Assembly (NCBI GenBank): GCA_036564015.1
Contig: DATCLG010000105.1
Location: 1 to 58,103 of the forward strand
Origin: Longimicrobiales bacterium
GTDB lineage: Bacteria; Gemmatimonadota; Gemmatimonadetes; Longimicrobiales; RSA9
Length of the DNA stretch: 58,103 bases
Direction: 5' to 3'
Of this stretch, positions 27,907 to 37,643 are shown one piece after another. The position numbers and the translations under genes are program-made. Under the pieces are notes generated by a model that saw only the letters and a list, made by a program, of their open reading frames with translations, was not told where the DNA came from and searched no databases. Within the stretch, counting starts at the first letter, position 1, and each line of letters starts with the position of its first letter.

Positions 27907-28400
27907 GCCGAAAGCGGATCGCTAGGGTCCCAGAGCACGGCGACCGGATGGTCCTGCGCCATGAGTCGGTCCAGATCGTAAATGAAACGCTCCCGCGTGT
28001 ACTCCGCGTTCTCGTAATCCTGCCCCACGTGGATCGCCTCCACCGGGCACACCTCCTGGCACATCCCGCAGAAGATACAGCGGAACTCGTCGATCTCGTA
28101 AACCACCGGGTACCGGTTCCCCTGGTCGTCCTCGCCCGGAACGAGACGGATGCAGTTCGACGGGCAGATCGTCGGGCAGAGCCCGCACGCCACGCACTTC
28201 GGCCGCCCGTCCGCATGCACCTCCATGCGATGCGTGCCGCGCCACCGCGGCGACAGCTCCGGCTTCTCGTCCGGGTACTCCAGCGTCACCTTGCGGGGAT
28301 CCACCAGGTGCTTGAACGTGAGGGCCATGCCCTTCAACGTCGCCCGCAGGTAGGAAGACGTCCCCGCCGGACGCTTTACCTTCTTCACGCCAATGGCCAT
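27903..28400 (-). CDS. nuoI: NADH-quinone oxidoreductase subunit I
   Basis: Two 4Fe-4S ferredoxin motifs (CVACGLCPTICP, CIFCGMCQEVCP). I chose the ATG at 28400 because the Arg-rich track extension overlaps nuoH. Confidence 0.92.
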   Translation of the reverse strand: MAIGVKKVKRPAGTSSYLRATLKGMALTFKHLVDPRKVTLEYPDEKPELSPRWRGTHRMEVHADGRPKCVACGLCPTICPSNCIRLVPGEDDQGNRYPVVYEIDEFRCIFCGMCQEVCPVEAIHVGQDYENAEYTRERFIYDLDRLMAQDHPVAVLWDPSDPLSA

Positions 28401-28425
28401 GCGGTCTCCTGCTCCCTTCCGGTCC

Positions 28426-29724
28426 TCAGTCTGCCCCGGCCTCCTGGTAACCCAGCCGGGCCGACGCCGCCGCGGTCGCGCGGGCGCGGGCCGCCTCGAT
28501 CGCCGGACGCCTCGGCGTCCAGGCACCGCTGATCACCCGGTCGCGGTCGATGACGAAGAAGAAGATCGCCATCGCCACCAGGTTCACCGCCGTCAGGATC
28601 AGCCCGTAGACGAACCCGTACTCCACGCCGAGCTGATCCAGCACCAGGATCGTGGCGCCCATGAGGCCGATGAACGCCAGCGCCGCCGGCAGCATGATCT
28701 TCCACCCCAGGTGCATGACCTGGTCGTAGCGGAACCGCGGCACCGTCCAGCGCACCCACATGTACACGCCCACGAAAAAGAGCGTCTTCACGCTGAACGA
28801 GATCAGCGTGAGCAGCGTCTTCCACCACGCCGGCTCAGCACCCACCACCACCCCCGGCGCCACCACGGCCATGTTGTCCCCCTGCCAGAACGGGATGTCC
28901 CAGCCGCCCAGGAACAGCGTGGCCATGAGCGCCGACGCGGTCAGCATGTTCGAGTACTCGGCGATGAAGAACATGCTGAACTTCATCGAGGAGTACTCGG
29001 TGTGGTACCCGGTCACCAGCTCCGACTCCGCCTCCACCAGGTCGAACGGCAGCCGGTTCGTCTCGGCGAACGCGGAGGTGACGAACAGCACGAACGCCAG
29101 CCCGAGCGGGATCGCGTACCACAGGTGCATCCGCTGCTGGGCCCACACCACCTCCGGCAGCGTGACGTTGCCCACCAGCATGAAGATCGGGATCAGGCTG
29201 AGCCCGAGCGACACCTCGTAGCTCACCATCTGCGCGCTGCCGCGCAGCCCGCCCAGGAACGCGTACTTGTTGTTCGACGACCACCCCGCCATCACGATCC
29301 CGTACACCCCCAGGCTGGTGAGCCCGAGAATGTAGAGGATCCCGATCGGCAGATCCGCGACCACCATCTCGACCAGCCCCCACGGCGTCGGCAGCGGCGC
29401 CGCGAACGGGATCACGGCGAAGGTCATGAGCGCCGGCACGATCGCCAGCATCGGCGCGAGAATGAAGTAGAATCGCGACGCCTGCTTCGGGTAGGTCTCC
29501 TCCTTGAGGAGGTTCTTCAGCCCGTCGGCCAGCGGCTGGAGCAACCCGAACGGCCCCACGCGGTTCGGTCCCAGACGGTCCTGGATCCACCCTGCGACCC
29601 GTCGCTCCACCAGCGTGAACATCGCCACCGCGACCATGATCACCGTGAAGACCGCGATGACTTTCACTGCGGAGGTGACCAGGAACGCCGTGGGCGAAAG
29701 CGCACCGACCTCGTACTGCGTCAT
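28426..29724 (-). CDS. nuoH: NADH-quinone oxidoreductase subunit H
   Basis: 432-aa polytopic protein (ERRVAGWIQDRLGPNRVGPFGLLQPLADG). ATGA overlap with the nuoG stop. Confidence 0.93.
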   Translation of the reverse strand: MTQYEVGALSPTAFLVTSAVKVIAVFTVIMVAVAMFTLVERRVAGWIQDRLGPNRVGPFGLLQPLADGLKNLLKEETYPKQASRFYFILAPMLAIVPALMTFAVIPFAAPLPTPWGLVEMVVADLPIGILYILGLTSLGVYGIVMAGWSSNNKYAFLGGLRGSAQMVSYEVSLGLSLIPIFMLVGNVTLPEVVWAQQRMHLWYAIPLGLAFVLFVTSAFAETNRLPFDLVEAESELVTGYHTEYSSMKFSMFFIAEYSNMLTASALMATLFLGGWDIPFWQGDNMAVVAPGVVVGAEPAWWKTLLTLISFSVKTLFFVGVYMWVRWTVPRFRYDQVMHLGWKIMLPAALAFIGLMGATILVLDQLGVEYGFVYGLILTAVNLVAMAIFFFVIDRDRVISGAWTPRRPAIEAARARATAAASARLGYQEAGAD

Positions 29725-31364
29725 GGCTGCACCTCCGCGACGCTGGCCACCAGCCGCGCCGGCTCGTTGATCAGCGCGCCCCGCGAGCCGAGCACCTCGT
29801 AGCTTAGCCCGCGGAACTCCTCGTAGAGCTCACCCAAACGCAGGAACGCCTGCGCCGCGTTCGCCGGCGCCGGCGCATCCTCGAGGCCGGCCAGGATCAC
29901 GCCCAGCACCTGCCACGCCGGACGCGCCTGCGGCGCAGCCTGCAGCGCCGGCCAGAAGCGCTGGACCCGGCCCTCGAAGTTCGTGAACGTGCCCTCCTGC
30001 TCGGCGAACGACGTGATCGGCAGGACGAAGTCCGCCCGTCGCGCCGCAGGCGTCAGCTTCGAGCCCAGGTAGACGAACAGAGCGGCATCGGCCGCGAACG
30101 TCTCCGGCTGATCGGCCAGGTCGTCCCCGAGCACCAGGAGCACCGAGCCCGGCGCCGCAAACCCTTCGAGCCCGCCGCGAGCCGCCTCATCGCCGACCCG
30201 CCGGAACCCGAAGATCCCGAGCCCCCGCACGTTCGCCGCGAGATCCCGCCGGCGCGCGAGCTTCGGGAAGCCGGGGCAGACCACCTCCTCCGCCGCCACC
30301 GCCGAGCGGTAGACCGCCTCGCCGCCCCCCAGCACTGCCACCAGGCGCGCGAGCAGGCCGTTGTCCTCGTTCGAATGGAACGCCGAGCCCACCGCCCGCA
30401 CCGGCGAACCGCCCCGCAGCTCCTTGAGCCGATCGACCAGCGCCACCAGCGCGTCCTGCCAGCTCACCGGCGCCAGCTCGCCCGCGGCATCCCGCACGAG
30501 CGGCGTCTCGATACGGTCCCGCTCGGCCGCACCGCGGTTCAGCCACTCGTAGCGGTGCCGCCCGTAATCGCACATCCAGTACGAGTTCACCTCGGGGTTG
30601 GCCCGCGGCTTCAACCGCATCACCAGGTTGTCACGCGTGTGGATCTCGATGTTGCACCCCTGCGAGCAGTTGGGGCAGATCGACGGCGTCCGGTCCAGGT
30701 CCCACGCCCGCGCCTTGTGCAGGAAATCCTTCGAGACCAGCGCGCCCACCGGGCAGATGTCCACGATGTTCCCCGCCCACGGCGAGCCCTCCAGCCCCTG
30801 GTCGAAGAACGTGTCGATCACCGACCGGTTGCCCCGCTGCACCACGCACAGCCGATCGTCCTGGGCGATCTCCCGCATGAAGCGCACGCAGCGCGTGCAC
30901 ATGATGCACCGGTCGCCGTAGTACAGGATGTCGCCCCCGAAATCGTCCCGGCCGAAGACCCGCTTCGGCTCGATCGAGCGGCCGTGCTTGCGACCCTCCT
31001 GGTGCACGTAGTCCTGGAGCTTGCACTCCCCCGCCTGGTCGCAGATCGGGCAATCCAGCGGGTGGTTCACCAGGTAGAACTCCAGGACGCCCGTCCGGGC
31101 CTCCCGGGCCTTCTCGCTCTCCGTCCGGATCACCTGCCCGTCGGCCACCGTGGTCACGCACGCCGGCACCAGCTTCGGCGAGCCTTCCACTTCCACCAGG
31201 CACATCCGGCACATCGCCGGAGCCGACAGCCCGGGGTGGTAACAGTAGTGCGGAATGCCGATCCCGGCCCGCTCCGCGGCCTCGATGATCCGCGTCCCCT
31301 TCGGGACCGTGACGGTCTTCCCGTCGATGGTCAGCGTGACCGTGTTCGTCTGATCGTTCGCCAT
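29721..31364 (-). CDS. nuoG: NADH-quinone oxidoreductase subunit G (short form)
   Basis: 2Fe-2S motif (CYHPGLSAPAMCRMC) and 4Fe-4S motifs (HPLDCPICDQAGEC ; CIMCTRCVRF ; CPVGAL). At 547 aa it is shorter than the roughly 900-aa enterobacterial form. Confidence 0.9.
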   Translation of the reverse strand: MANDQTNTVTLTIDGKTVTVPKGTRIIEAAERAGIGIPHYCYHPGLSAPAMCRMCLVEVEGSPKLVPACVTTVADGQVIRTESEKAREARTGVLEFYLVNHPLDCPICDQAGECKLQDYVHQEGRKHGRSIEPKRVFGRDDFGGDILYYGDRCIMCTRCVRFMREIAQDDRLCVVQRGNRSVIDTFFDQGLEGSPWAGNIVDICPVGALVSKDFLHKARAWDLDRTPSICPNCSQGCNIEIHTRDNLVMRLKPRANPEVNSYWMCDYGRHRYEWLNRGAAERDRIETPLVRDAAGELAPVSWQDALVALVDRLKELRGGSPVRAVGSAFHSNEDNGLLARLVAVLGGGEAVYRSAVAAEEVVCPGFPKLARRRDLAANVRGLGIFGFRRVGDEAARGGLEGFAAPGSVLLVLGDDLADQPETFAADAALFVYLGSKLTPAARRADFVLPITSFAEQEGTFTNFEGRVQRFWPALQAAPQARPAWQVLGVILAGLEDAPAPANAAQAFLRLGELYEEFRGLSYEVLGSRGALINEPARLVASVAEVQP

Positions 31365-31379
31365 CGCCTGCCTGCGCTT

Positions 31380-32675
31380 CTACGCGGCCGCTGCCGCCGT
31401 GCACTTCCCGTGGCGAATGTGCGCCAGGTACTCCTCGCGGAACTTCCGGATCGAGCTGGCGACCGGCGCAGCCGCCGAATCGCTCAGCACACAGATCGTC
31501 GTGCCCGTCATGTTCTTCCCCACGTCCAGGAGGAGATCGAGATCCTCCTCGGTCCCCGCGCCGGCTTCGATCCGGCGGAGGATCCGCGCGAGCCACTCCG
31601 TCCCCTCCCGACACGGCGTGCACTGCCCGCACGACTCGTGGGCGTAGAACTCGACGATCCGCCGCACCTGCTTCAGGATGCAGGTGCCGTCGTGCATGAC
31701 GATCACCGACGCCGTGCCCAGCATGCTGCCGGCCTTGGCCACGCTCTCGTAATCCAGGGGGATGTCGATCTCGTCCGCGTGCAGGATCGGCACCGAACTG
31801 CCCCCCGGGATCACCGCCTTCAGCTTCCGGCCGTCCCGGATCCCGCCGCACACGTCGTAGATCAGCTCCTTCAGGTTGAACCCCAGCGGCAGCTCGTAGT
31901 TGCCGCGCCGGACCACGTGCCCCGAGACGTTGAACAGCTTCGTCCCCGGGCTCTTCTCCGTCCCGAAGGAGCGGTACCACTCCGCGCCGTTCTTGATGAT
32001 GTGCGGCACGGAGCAGAGCGTCTCCACGTTGTTGATCGTGGTCGGCATCCCGAAGGCGCCCACCGCCGCCGGGAAGGGGGGCTTGATCCGCGGCTGGCCT
32101 CGCCGCCCCTCCAGCGAGTTCATGAGCGCGGTCTCCTCACCGCAGATGTAGGCGCCGGCCCCGAGATGGAGCGTGATGTCGATGTCCACCCCGGAGCCCA
32201 GGATGTTCTTCCCCGCCAGGCCGGCCGCGTACGCCTCCTCGATCGCCCGCGCCATGATCTGCGCCGGCTCGAAGAACTCGCCGCGCATGTAGATGTAGAC
32301 GTGCTGCGCCCGGATCGCGTAGGCGCCGATCAGGGCACCCTCGATCAACTGGTGCGGCGTCCAGCGGATCAGCTCCCGGTCCTTGAAGGCGCCCGGCTCC
32401 GACTCGTCCGAGTTGACCAGCAGGTAGTGCGGCTTCCCATCGTCCTTCGGCATGAAGCTCCACTTCACGCCCGTCGGGAAGCCCGCCCCACCCCGCCCGC
32501 GCAGACCGCTGTTCTTGACCTCCTCGATCACCGCGTCGCGGTCCATCCCCAGCGCCTTCTCCAGCGCCTGGTACCCGCCCCGCTCCCGCCACCCCGCCAG
32601 AGTCCGGGCCTCCGGGTCGCCGAAGTACTCGCTCAGGATCCGCGTCTCTTTCTCGTGCCGATACGGATAGGCCAT
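31380..32675 (-). CDS. nuoF: NADH-quinone oxidoreductase subunit F
   Basis: [13 protein letters not shown] (FMN/NADH site) and [12 protein letters not shown] (N3 cluster). Confidence 0.96.
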   Translation of the reverse strand: MAYPYRHEKETRILSEYFGDPEARTLAGWRERGGYQALEKALGMDRDAVIEEVKNSGLRGRGGAGFPTGVKWSFMPKDDGKPHYLLVNSDESEPGAFKDRELIRWTPHQLIEGALIGAYAIRAQHVYIYMRGEFFEPAQIMARAIEEAYAAGLAGKNILGSGVDIDITLHLGAGAYICGEETALMNSLEGRRGQPRIKPPFPAAVGAFGMPTTINNVETLCSVPHIIKNGAEWYRSFGTEKSPGTKLFNVSGHVVRRGNYELPLGFNLKELIYDVCGGIRDGRKLKAVIPGGSSVPILHADEIDIPLDYESVAKAGSMLGTASVIVMHDGTCILKQVRRIVEFYAHESCGQCTPCREGTEWLARILRRIEAGAGTEEDLDLLLDVGKNMTGTTICVLSDSAAAPVASSIRKFREEYLAHIRHGKCTAAAAA

Positions 32676-32684
32676 AAACCGCCT

Positions 32685-33437
32685 CTACGCTCCCGCGCCC
32701 CCGCCCGTCCGCCCCGCCTCCGTCGGCTCGACCGCCGCTCCGGCGATCGACTCGAGGATCGCGGGAACGTCCTCCGGAGTCACGTTCTCGTAGTACCGCT
32801 CATTGATCTGCACCACCGTCGGGAACCCGCACGCCCCCAGACACTCCGCCTCCACCACCGTGAACAGCCCGTCCGCCGAAACCTCGCCCAGCTCCGTCCC
32901 CGTCTCCCTCAGGAACGCCTTCAACACCTCGTCCGCCCCGCACAGGTTGCAGCAGACGTTCGTGCAGACCTGGATCAGGTACGTCCCGACCGGCCGCTTG
33001 TTGTACATCGTGTAGAACGTCGCCACCCCCCGCACGTACGCCGGCGAGAGATCCAGCACCCGGGCCACCTCCTCCATCGTCTCAGGAGAGAGATACCCCC
33101 GGATCTCCTGCGCCATCGCCAGCGTCGGCAACAGCGCCGCCCGCTTCTCCGGATACCGCGACAGGATCTTCTCCAGCCGCTCCCGGTACGGCCCCTCGAA
33201 CAGCGGCGCCTCCGGGTTCTTCTCCGCCAGCTGGTACGGCATCGAGCACGACGCCCCCGGATGACCTCCATCCTTGGGCCGCTGTCCCACGTAGTTCGTC
33301 CCGCGAATGTCCGCTTCGGTCAGATGCCCGAAGTCCCCCGTCTCCCCCGCCCAGCCGGGATTCCTCACCTTCGAGCCGCCAGTACCCGCCGCTCCGGCTC
33401 CGCCGCGGTCCTTCATCTCCTCTGTCTTGCGGATCAC
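32685..33437 (-). CDS. nuoE: NADH-quinone oxidoreductase subunit E
   Basis: Thioredoxin-like 2Fe-2S subunit (CTNVCCNLCG ... AECLGACG). The GTG at 33437 forms a GTGA overlap with the nuoD stop. An internal ATG (MPYQLAEKN) would give a canonical-length protein, so the start is uncertain. Confidence 0.88.
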   Translation of the reverse strand: MIRKTEEMKDRGGAGAAGTGGSKVRNPGWAGETGDFGHLTEADIRGTNYVGQRPKDGGHPGASCSMPYQLAEKNPEAPLFEGPYRERLEKILSRYPEKRAALLPTLAMAQEIRGYLSPETMEEVARVLDLSPAYVRGVATFYTMYNKRPVGTYLIQVCTNVCCNLCGADEVLKAFLRETGTELGEVSADGLFTVVEAECLGACGFPTVVQINERYYENVTPEDVPAILESIAGAAVEPTEAGRTGGGAGA

Positions 33438-34708
33438 CGGTCAATCTCCCCGAGCACGATGTCCAGGCTCGCGTTGATCGCGATCACGTCCGAGAGCAGG
33501 TGACCTTCCACCATCTTCGGCAGCGCCGAGAGGTTGATGAAGCTGGGACCACGCACCCGCCACCGCACCGGCTTCGACCCCCCATCGCTCACCACGTACA
33601 TCCCCAGCTCCCCCTTCGAGCTCTCGACGCTGAACCAGCTCTCCCCCGGCGGCGCCTTGATCCCCTCCATCACCACCTTGAAGTGATGGATCATCGACTC
33701 CATGTCGCTCATGACGTCCGCCTTGGGCGGCAGGATCACCCGCGGGTCATCCACGTTGATCGGCCCATCCGGCAGCCGGTCCAGCGCCTGCTTCAGGATC
33801 CGCACGCTCTGCCGCATCTCCTCCATCCGGACGAGATAGCGGTCGTAGCAGTCGCCATGCTCCCCGACCGGGACGTCGAAGTCGTAGGTGTCGTAATCGT
33901 AATACGGCCGATCCTTGCGCACGTCGTACGGCACCCCCGACGCGCGGAGGTTCGGGCCCGTCAGCCCCATGTTGATCGCGTCCTCCGCGCTGATCACCCC
34001 GACGTCCTTCGTGCGGCCGATCCAGATCTGGTTGTTCGTCAGCAGCGTCTCGATCTCGTCCAGCGTCTCCGGGAAGGTGTCCAGGAAGTGCCGGAGCTGG
34101 TCCGTCCACCCCTCTGGCAGGTCCGCCAGCATCCCGCCGATCCGGGTCGCCGACGTCGTGATCCGCGCGCCGGTGAAGCTCTCGTGCAGGCTGTAGATCC
34201 GCTCCCGCTCCTGGAACGCGTAGAGGAACACCGTCGTCGCGCCGATGTCCATCGCCGTCGTCCCGAGCCAGAGCAGGTGGGAGAAGATCCGGTCGAGCTC
34301 CATGCAGATGACCCGGACCACCTTGCACCGCTCGGTGACCTCGATCCCCATGAGCTTCTCGACCGCCATGGCGTAGGCGCAGTTGTAGATCAACGGCGCC
34401 AGGTAATCCATGCGGTCCGTGAGCGGCACGATCTGGTTCCAGGTCCGGTACTCGCCGAGCTTCTCGAAGCTCGAGTGCAGGTACCCGATGTGCGGGATAC
34501 AGCGCACGACGGTCTCGCCGTCCAGCTCCAGCACGAGCCGCAGCACCCCGTGCGTGGCCGGGTGCTGCGGCCCGATGTTGATCAGCATCCGCTCACCCTG
34601 GAGCTCCGGCTCCACCCCGACAGGGAAAACGGGCACCTGGACCGGCCGCCCGTCCATCCCGAGCTCCGGGTTCCGACCGACCACGTACTCGACGGTTCTG
34701 GTCTTCAT
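33434..34708 (-). CDS. nuoD: NADH-quinone oxidoreductase subunit D
   Basis: 424-aa 49-kDa subunit (NIGPQHPATHGVLRL ... DIVLGEIDR). ATGA overlap with the nuoC stop. Confidence 0.96.
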   Translation of the reverse strand: MKTRTVEYVVGRNPELGMDGRPVQVPVFPVGVEPELQGERMLINIGPQHPATHGVLRLVLELDGETVVRCIPHIGYLHSSFEKLGEYRTWNQIVPLTDRMDYLAPLIYNCAYAMAVEKLMGIEVTERCKVVRVICMELDRIFSHLLWLGTTAMDIGATTVFLYAFQERERIYSLHESFTGARITTSATRIGGMLADLPEGWTDQLRHFLDTFPETLDEIETLLTNNQIWIGRTKDVGVISAEDAINMGLTGPNLRASGVPYDVRKDRPYYDYDTYDFDVPVGEHGDCYDRYLVRMEEMRQSVRILKQALDRLPDGPINVDDPRVILPPKADVMSDMESMIHHFKVVMEGIKAPPGESWFSVESSKGELGMYVVSDGGSKPVRWRVRGPSFINLSALPKMVEGHLLSDVIAINASLDIVLGEIDR

Positions 34709-35409
34709 GCTTCGCTACCCCCGGCGCGCTCCGGCGTGGACGGGAGCGCGCCCGCCGACTGGTCGGTGCCATCCTGGCGGGATCCGATGGCCACGATCTC
34801 GAGCTCCTGCGGGATGTAGACGTCCTCCACGCTCACCGCCAGCGCACGACGCGTCTGCTCCGCACGGCTGAACCGCCCGCGCAGCGGGAAGTCCTTCCTC
34901 AGCGGGTGGCCCTCCTCGTAGTTGTCCGGCATGAGGATCCGCCGCAGGTCCGGGTGGCCCCGGAACCGGATCCCGAACATGTCGTAGACCTCCCGCTCCA
35001 GCCAGTCCGCCGCAGCCCAGAGGCCGACCACGGAATCGATCTCCAGCGCGTCCAGCGGGAGCTCCGCCTTCACCCTGAGCTCTCGCCGGTGCGCCATCGA
35101 CCAGAGCTGGTAGACCACCTGGAGCGGCCGGCCGCCCCCGTAGTCCACCGCCGTCAGGTCCTTGAGGAAATCGTAAGCCTGGGTCGGCTCATCCTTCAGC
35201 CAGCCCAGGATCTCGACGTTCCGCTCCGGAACGATAAAGACCACGTGCTCGTCCCCCGCCTGCACCTCGTGGTGCAGGATGGCGGAGCCAAACCGCTCCC
35301 GGAGCGCATCCACGGACGGGTGGCCGCTCCCGGTCGCGGCCCCCTCCCCAACCCCTACCGCCTCCCCTTCGACCGGGGTCTCCCGCGCTTCCTCGACACG
35401 CTCTGCCAT
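34705..35409 (-). CDS. nuoC: NADH-quinone oxidoreductase subunit C
   Basis: 30-kDa subunit core (EREVYDMFGIRFRGHPDLRRIL). The ATG at 35409 lies 1 nt after the nuoB stop. Confidence 0.9.
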   Translation of the reverse strand: MAERVEEARETPVEGEAVGVGEGAATGSGHPSVDALRERFGSAILHHEVQAGDEHVVFIVPERNVEILGWLKDEPTQAYDFLKDLTAVDYGGGRPLQVVYQLWSMAHRRELRVKAELPLDALEIDSVVGLWAAADWLEREVYDMFGIRFRGHPDLRRILMPDNYEEGHPLRKDFPLRGRFSRAEQTRRALAVSVEDVYIPQELEIVAIGSRQDGTDQSAGALPSTPERAGGSEA

Positions 35410-35410
35410 G

Positions 35411-36088
35411 TCACGACTTCCGATCCAGCGGCCGCGCGACCGCAGCCGTCGAAACCAGGCCACTCACGCGATTCTGCGACGTCGAGTTCCCGAACGGCAG
35501 GGCCACCTGGTCGATCACCTCCGGCAGCTTGTTCGCCTTCCCCACCCGCTCGGGATCCTCGGCCCGGAGCTCCGGCCGCGTCAGCGACTCGCCCCGGATC
35601 TTCTCATGTACCAACAAGATACCGTAAATGAGCCCTTCCGGCCGCGGCGGGCAACCCGGCACGTACACGTCCACCGGGATGATCGTGTCGATCCCCTGCA
35701 CCATCGAGTAGACGTCGAACACCCCGCCCGACGACGCGCACGCCCCCATCGCGATCGCCCACTTCGGCTGCGGCATCTGGTCCCAGATCCGCCGCAGCAC
35801 CGGCGCCATCTTGTACGTCACCCGCCCGGCGCAGATCAGCAGGTCCGCCTGCCGCGGCGAGAACGACATCCGCTCCATCCCAAACCGCGCGATGTCGTAC
35901 TTCGACGCCGCCGCCGCCATCATCTCGATCGCGCAGCACGCCGTCCCGAACGGCATCGGCCACAGCGAGTTCCGCCGCGCCCAGTTGACCACGAAGTCCA
36001 GCTTCGTCGTCAACCACGCCGGCCCGCCCGGGAAGATCCCCGGCTGGACCGCTCGCTCCTGGCGCCCCTTCAACTGGATCAGTCCCAT
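35411..36088 (-). CDS. nuoB: NADH-quinone oxidoreductase subunit B
   Basis: N2-cluster ligands are present ([26 protein letters not shown]). There is a roughly 55-aa C-terminal tail beyond the conserved core. Confidence 0.94.
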   Translation of the reverse strand: MGLIQLKGRQERAVQPGIFPGGPAWLTTKLDFVVNWARRNSLWPMPFGTACCAIEMMAAAASKYDIARFGMERMSFSPRQADLLICAGRVTYKMAPVLRRIWDQMPQPKWAIAMGACASSGGVFDVYSMVQGIDTIIPVDVYVPGCPPRPEGLIYGILLVHEKIRGESLTRPELRAEDPERVGKANKLPEVIDQVALPFGNSTSQNRVSGLVSTAAVARPLDRKS

Positions 36089-36435
36089 TGGAGCGCTCCC
36101 TTCTTCCAGATGTAGATGAATCCCACGAACAGGATCCCGATGAAGACCAGCATCTCGGTGAAGCCGAAAAACCCCAGGGAGCGGAACATCACCCCCCAGG
36201 GGATCAGGAACACCGTCTCGATGTCGAACACGATGAACAGGAGCGCGACCATGTAGAACTTCACCGAGAAGCGCTCCCGCGTGCTGCCCAGCGGGATCAT
36301 CCCCGATTCGTACGGCTCCTCCTTGACCGGGGTCGGACGCAGCGGGCTGAGGAAGTGGGAGGCCACGACCATCCCCACGGCGTTCAGGAGTGAGACACCG
36401 AGCAGAATCAGAATCGGCGTGTACGACTGGAGCAT
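36079..36435 (-). CDS. nuoA: NADH-quinone oxidoreductase subunit A
   Basis: 118 aa from the ATG at 36435 ([13 protein letters not shown]...), with 3 TM helices. The track start (TTG 36492) lies inside the predicted -10 box. Confidence 0.88.
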   Translation of the reverse strand: MLQSYTPILILLGVSLLNAVGMVVASHFLSPLRPTPVKEEPYESGMIPLGSTRERFSVKFYMVALLFIVFDIETVFLIPWGVMFRSLGFFGFTEMLVFIGILFVGFIYIWKKGALQWD

Positions 36436-36491
36436 GGCCGGCGTGCCCGAACTTGTGAAATCGTTCACGATCGAAGCCTCAAATTGAGGCA

Positions 36492-36521
36492 ATCATAGTA
36501 GCCTTCTCGCACCGGTGTCAA
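36492..36521 (-). promoter_or_regulatory. Sigma-70-like promoter TTGACA-18-TATGAT for the nuo operon
   Basis: Minus strand reads TTGACA (36521..36516), an 18-nt spacer, then TATGAT (36497..36492), about 55 nt upstream of the nuoA ATG. A 6-bp hairpin GGTGTC-N8-GACACC overlaps the -35 box. Confidence 0.55.
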
Positions 36522-36635
36522 GCAAAGGACACCGCTCCGCTTCCCCCCGCCGCTTGCCCTCCCCGCCCCGCCAGGCCTAAGTTGAAGCCCGTTTCCTCTC
36601 ACGTTCCAGTACCCGGCCTGGGAGGCCTCGTTCCA

Positions 36636-37190
36636 ATGGCGATCAAGAATGACCGCTGGATCCGCCGCATGGCGGAAGAGTACGGGATGATCGAGCCGTT
36701 CGAGCCGCGGCAGGTGCGCGAGGGGGTCGTCAGCTACGGGCTCTCCTCGTTCGGCTACGACATCCGGGTGGCGGACGAGTTCAAGGTCTTCACGAACGTC
36801 TACGGGGCGATCGTGGACCCGAAGAACTTCGATCCGCGGTCGTTCGTGGACATTCGTGGGGACTGCTGCATCGTGCCCCCGAACTCGTTCGCGCTCGCGC
36901 GGACGCTGGAGCGCTTCCGGATTCCGGAGGACGTGCTGGCGATCTGCGTGGGCAAGAGCACGTACGCGCGGTGCGGGATCGTCGTCAACGTGACGCCGCT
37001 GGAGCCGGGGTGGTGCGGTTACCTCACGCTGGAGATCTCGAACACGACCCCGCTGCCGGCCAAGATCTACGCGGGCGAGGGGATCGCCCAGCTCATTTTC
37101 CTGCAGGGCGATGAGGTTCCCGAGGTCACGTATGCGCAGCGGCAGGGGAAGTACCAGAACCAGGTCGGGGTGACGCTGCCGCGGCTGTGA
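36636..37190 (+). CDS. dcd: dCTP deaminase
   Basis: [15 protein letters not shown] ... SFGYDIRV ... GYLTLEISN, a Dcd/dUTPase-fold family match. I chose the ATG at 36636. Confidence 0.9.
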   Translation: MAIKNDRWIRRMAEEYGMIEPFEPRQVREGVVSYGLSSFGYDIRVADEFKVFTNVYGAIVDPKNFDPRSFVDIRGDCCIVPPNSFALARTLERFRIPEDVLAICVGKSTYARCGIVVNVTPLEPGWCGYLTLEISNTTPLPAKIYAGEGIAQLIFLQGDEVPEVTYAQRQGKYQNQVGVTLPRL

Positions 37191-37208
37191 GGGTGTGGCG
37201 GCGGGGCG

Positions 37209-37499
37209 TCATGCGGCCCGCCGCCACATCGACCAGACGATCCAGACGAAGAGTCCCACCACCAGCAACCAGATCATCCAGAGCACGAGGCGGGCGGCGG
37301 TTCCCAGGACGCTGCTCATGGTGGCCAGGTAGCCGAGTCCCCAGGCCACGGGCATCGCCAGCGACAGGAAGGCGAGGAGGGCGACGATCCAGAAGGCGGG
37401 CGCGCGGAGCCTGCCGGGTTCGTCGGGGGGCCGTTCGGGGACGGGCTGGGCGCCACCATCGAAGGGCGGGTCGGGGATTCGCCTGCGGTGAGCTTGCAT
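37209..37499 (-). CDS. Hypothetical small membrane protein (two predicted TM helices)
   Basis: 96 aa. The ATG at 37499 is preceded by GGAGG with a 7-nt spacing. Two hydrophobic helices are present (FWIVALLAFLSLAMPVAWGLGYL ; LVLWMIWLLVVGLFVWIVWSMW). The gene is convergent with dcd and divergent from the ATPase. I recognise no family. Confidence 0.5.
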   Translation of the reverse strand: MQAHRRRIPDPPFDGGAQPVPERPPDEPGRLRAPAFWIVALLAFLSLAMPVAWGLGYLATMSSVLGTAARLVLWMIWLLVVGLFVWIVWSMWRRAA

Positions 37500-37566
37500 G
37501 CCATGGCCTCCGCGTCCACGTCGGGCGATGGGTGATGCAAGCGGTACACCAGTGCGTCCTCGTCGT

Positions 37567-37589
37567 GGGGGCGGGGTGGGGGGGCGGGG
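37567..37589 (+). other. G-quadruplex-forming motif G5-C-G4-T-G7-C-G4
   Basis: GGGGGCGGGGTGGGGGGGCGGGG: four G-runs of at least 4 with 1-nt loops, in the divergent intergenic region between the small membrane ORF and the P-type ATPase. Confidence 0.5.
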
Positions 37590-37643
37590 CACGCGCCTTG
37601 CGCGTGGCCGGGGGCGGACGGTCCGCCCTGAACTCCCCCGAGG

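Noticed and set aside
30375-33503. Very long ORFs antisense to real genes. Examples: 1042 aa at 30375-33503 (+) across nuoG/F/E, 1005 aa at 37209-40226 (-) opposite the ATPase, 681 aa at 14478-16523 (+), 649 aa at 25155-27104 (+), 703 aa at 40425-42536 (+) and 651 aa at 50681-52636 (+).
   Set aside because: Their translations are Arg/Pro/His/Gly/Asp-rich low-complexity strings with no recognisable motifs. They cross boundaries of well-supported genes on the other strand. Stop-free antisense frames are expected in DNA of about 70% GC with G/C-rich third positions. Only the last 96 codons of the 37209-40226 ORF look like a real, separate small gene.
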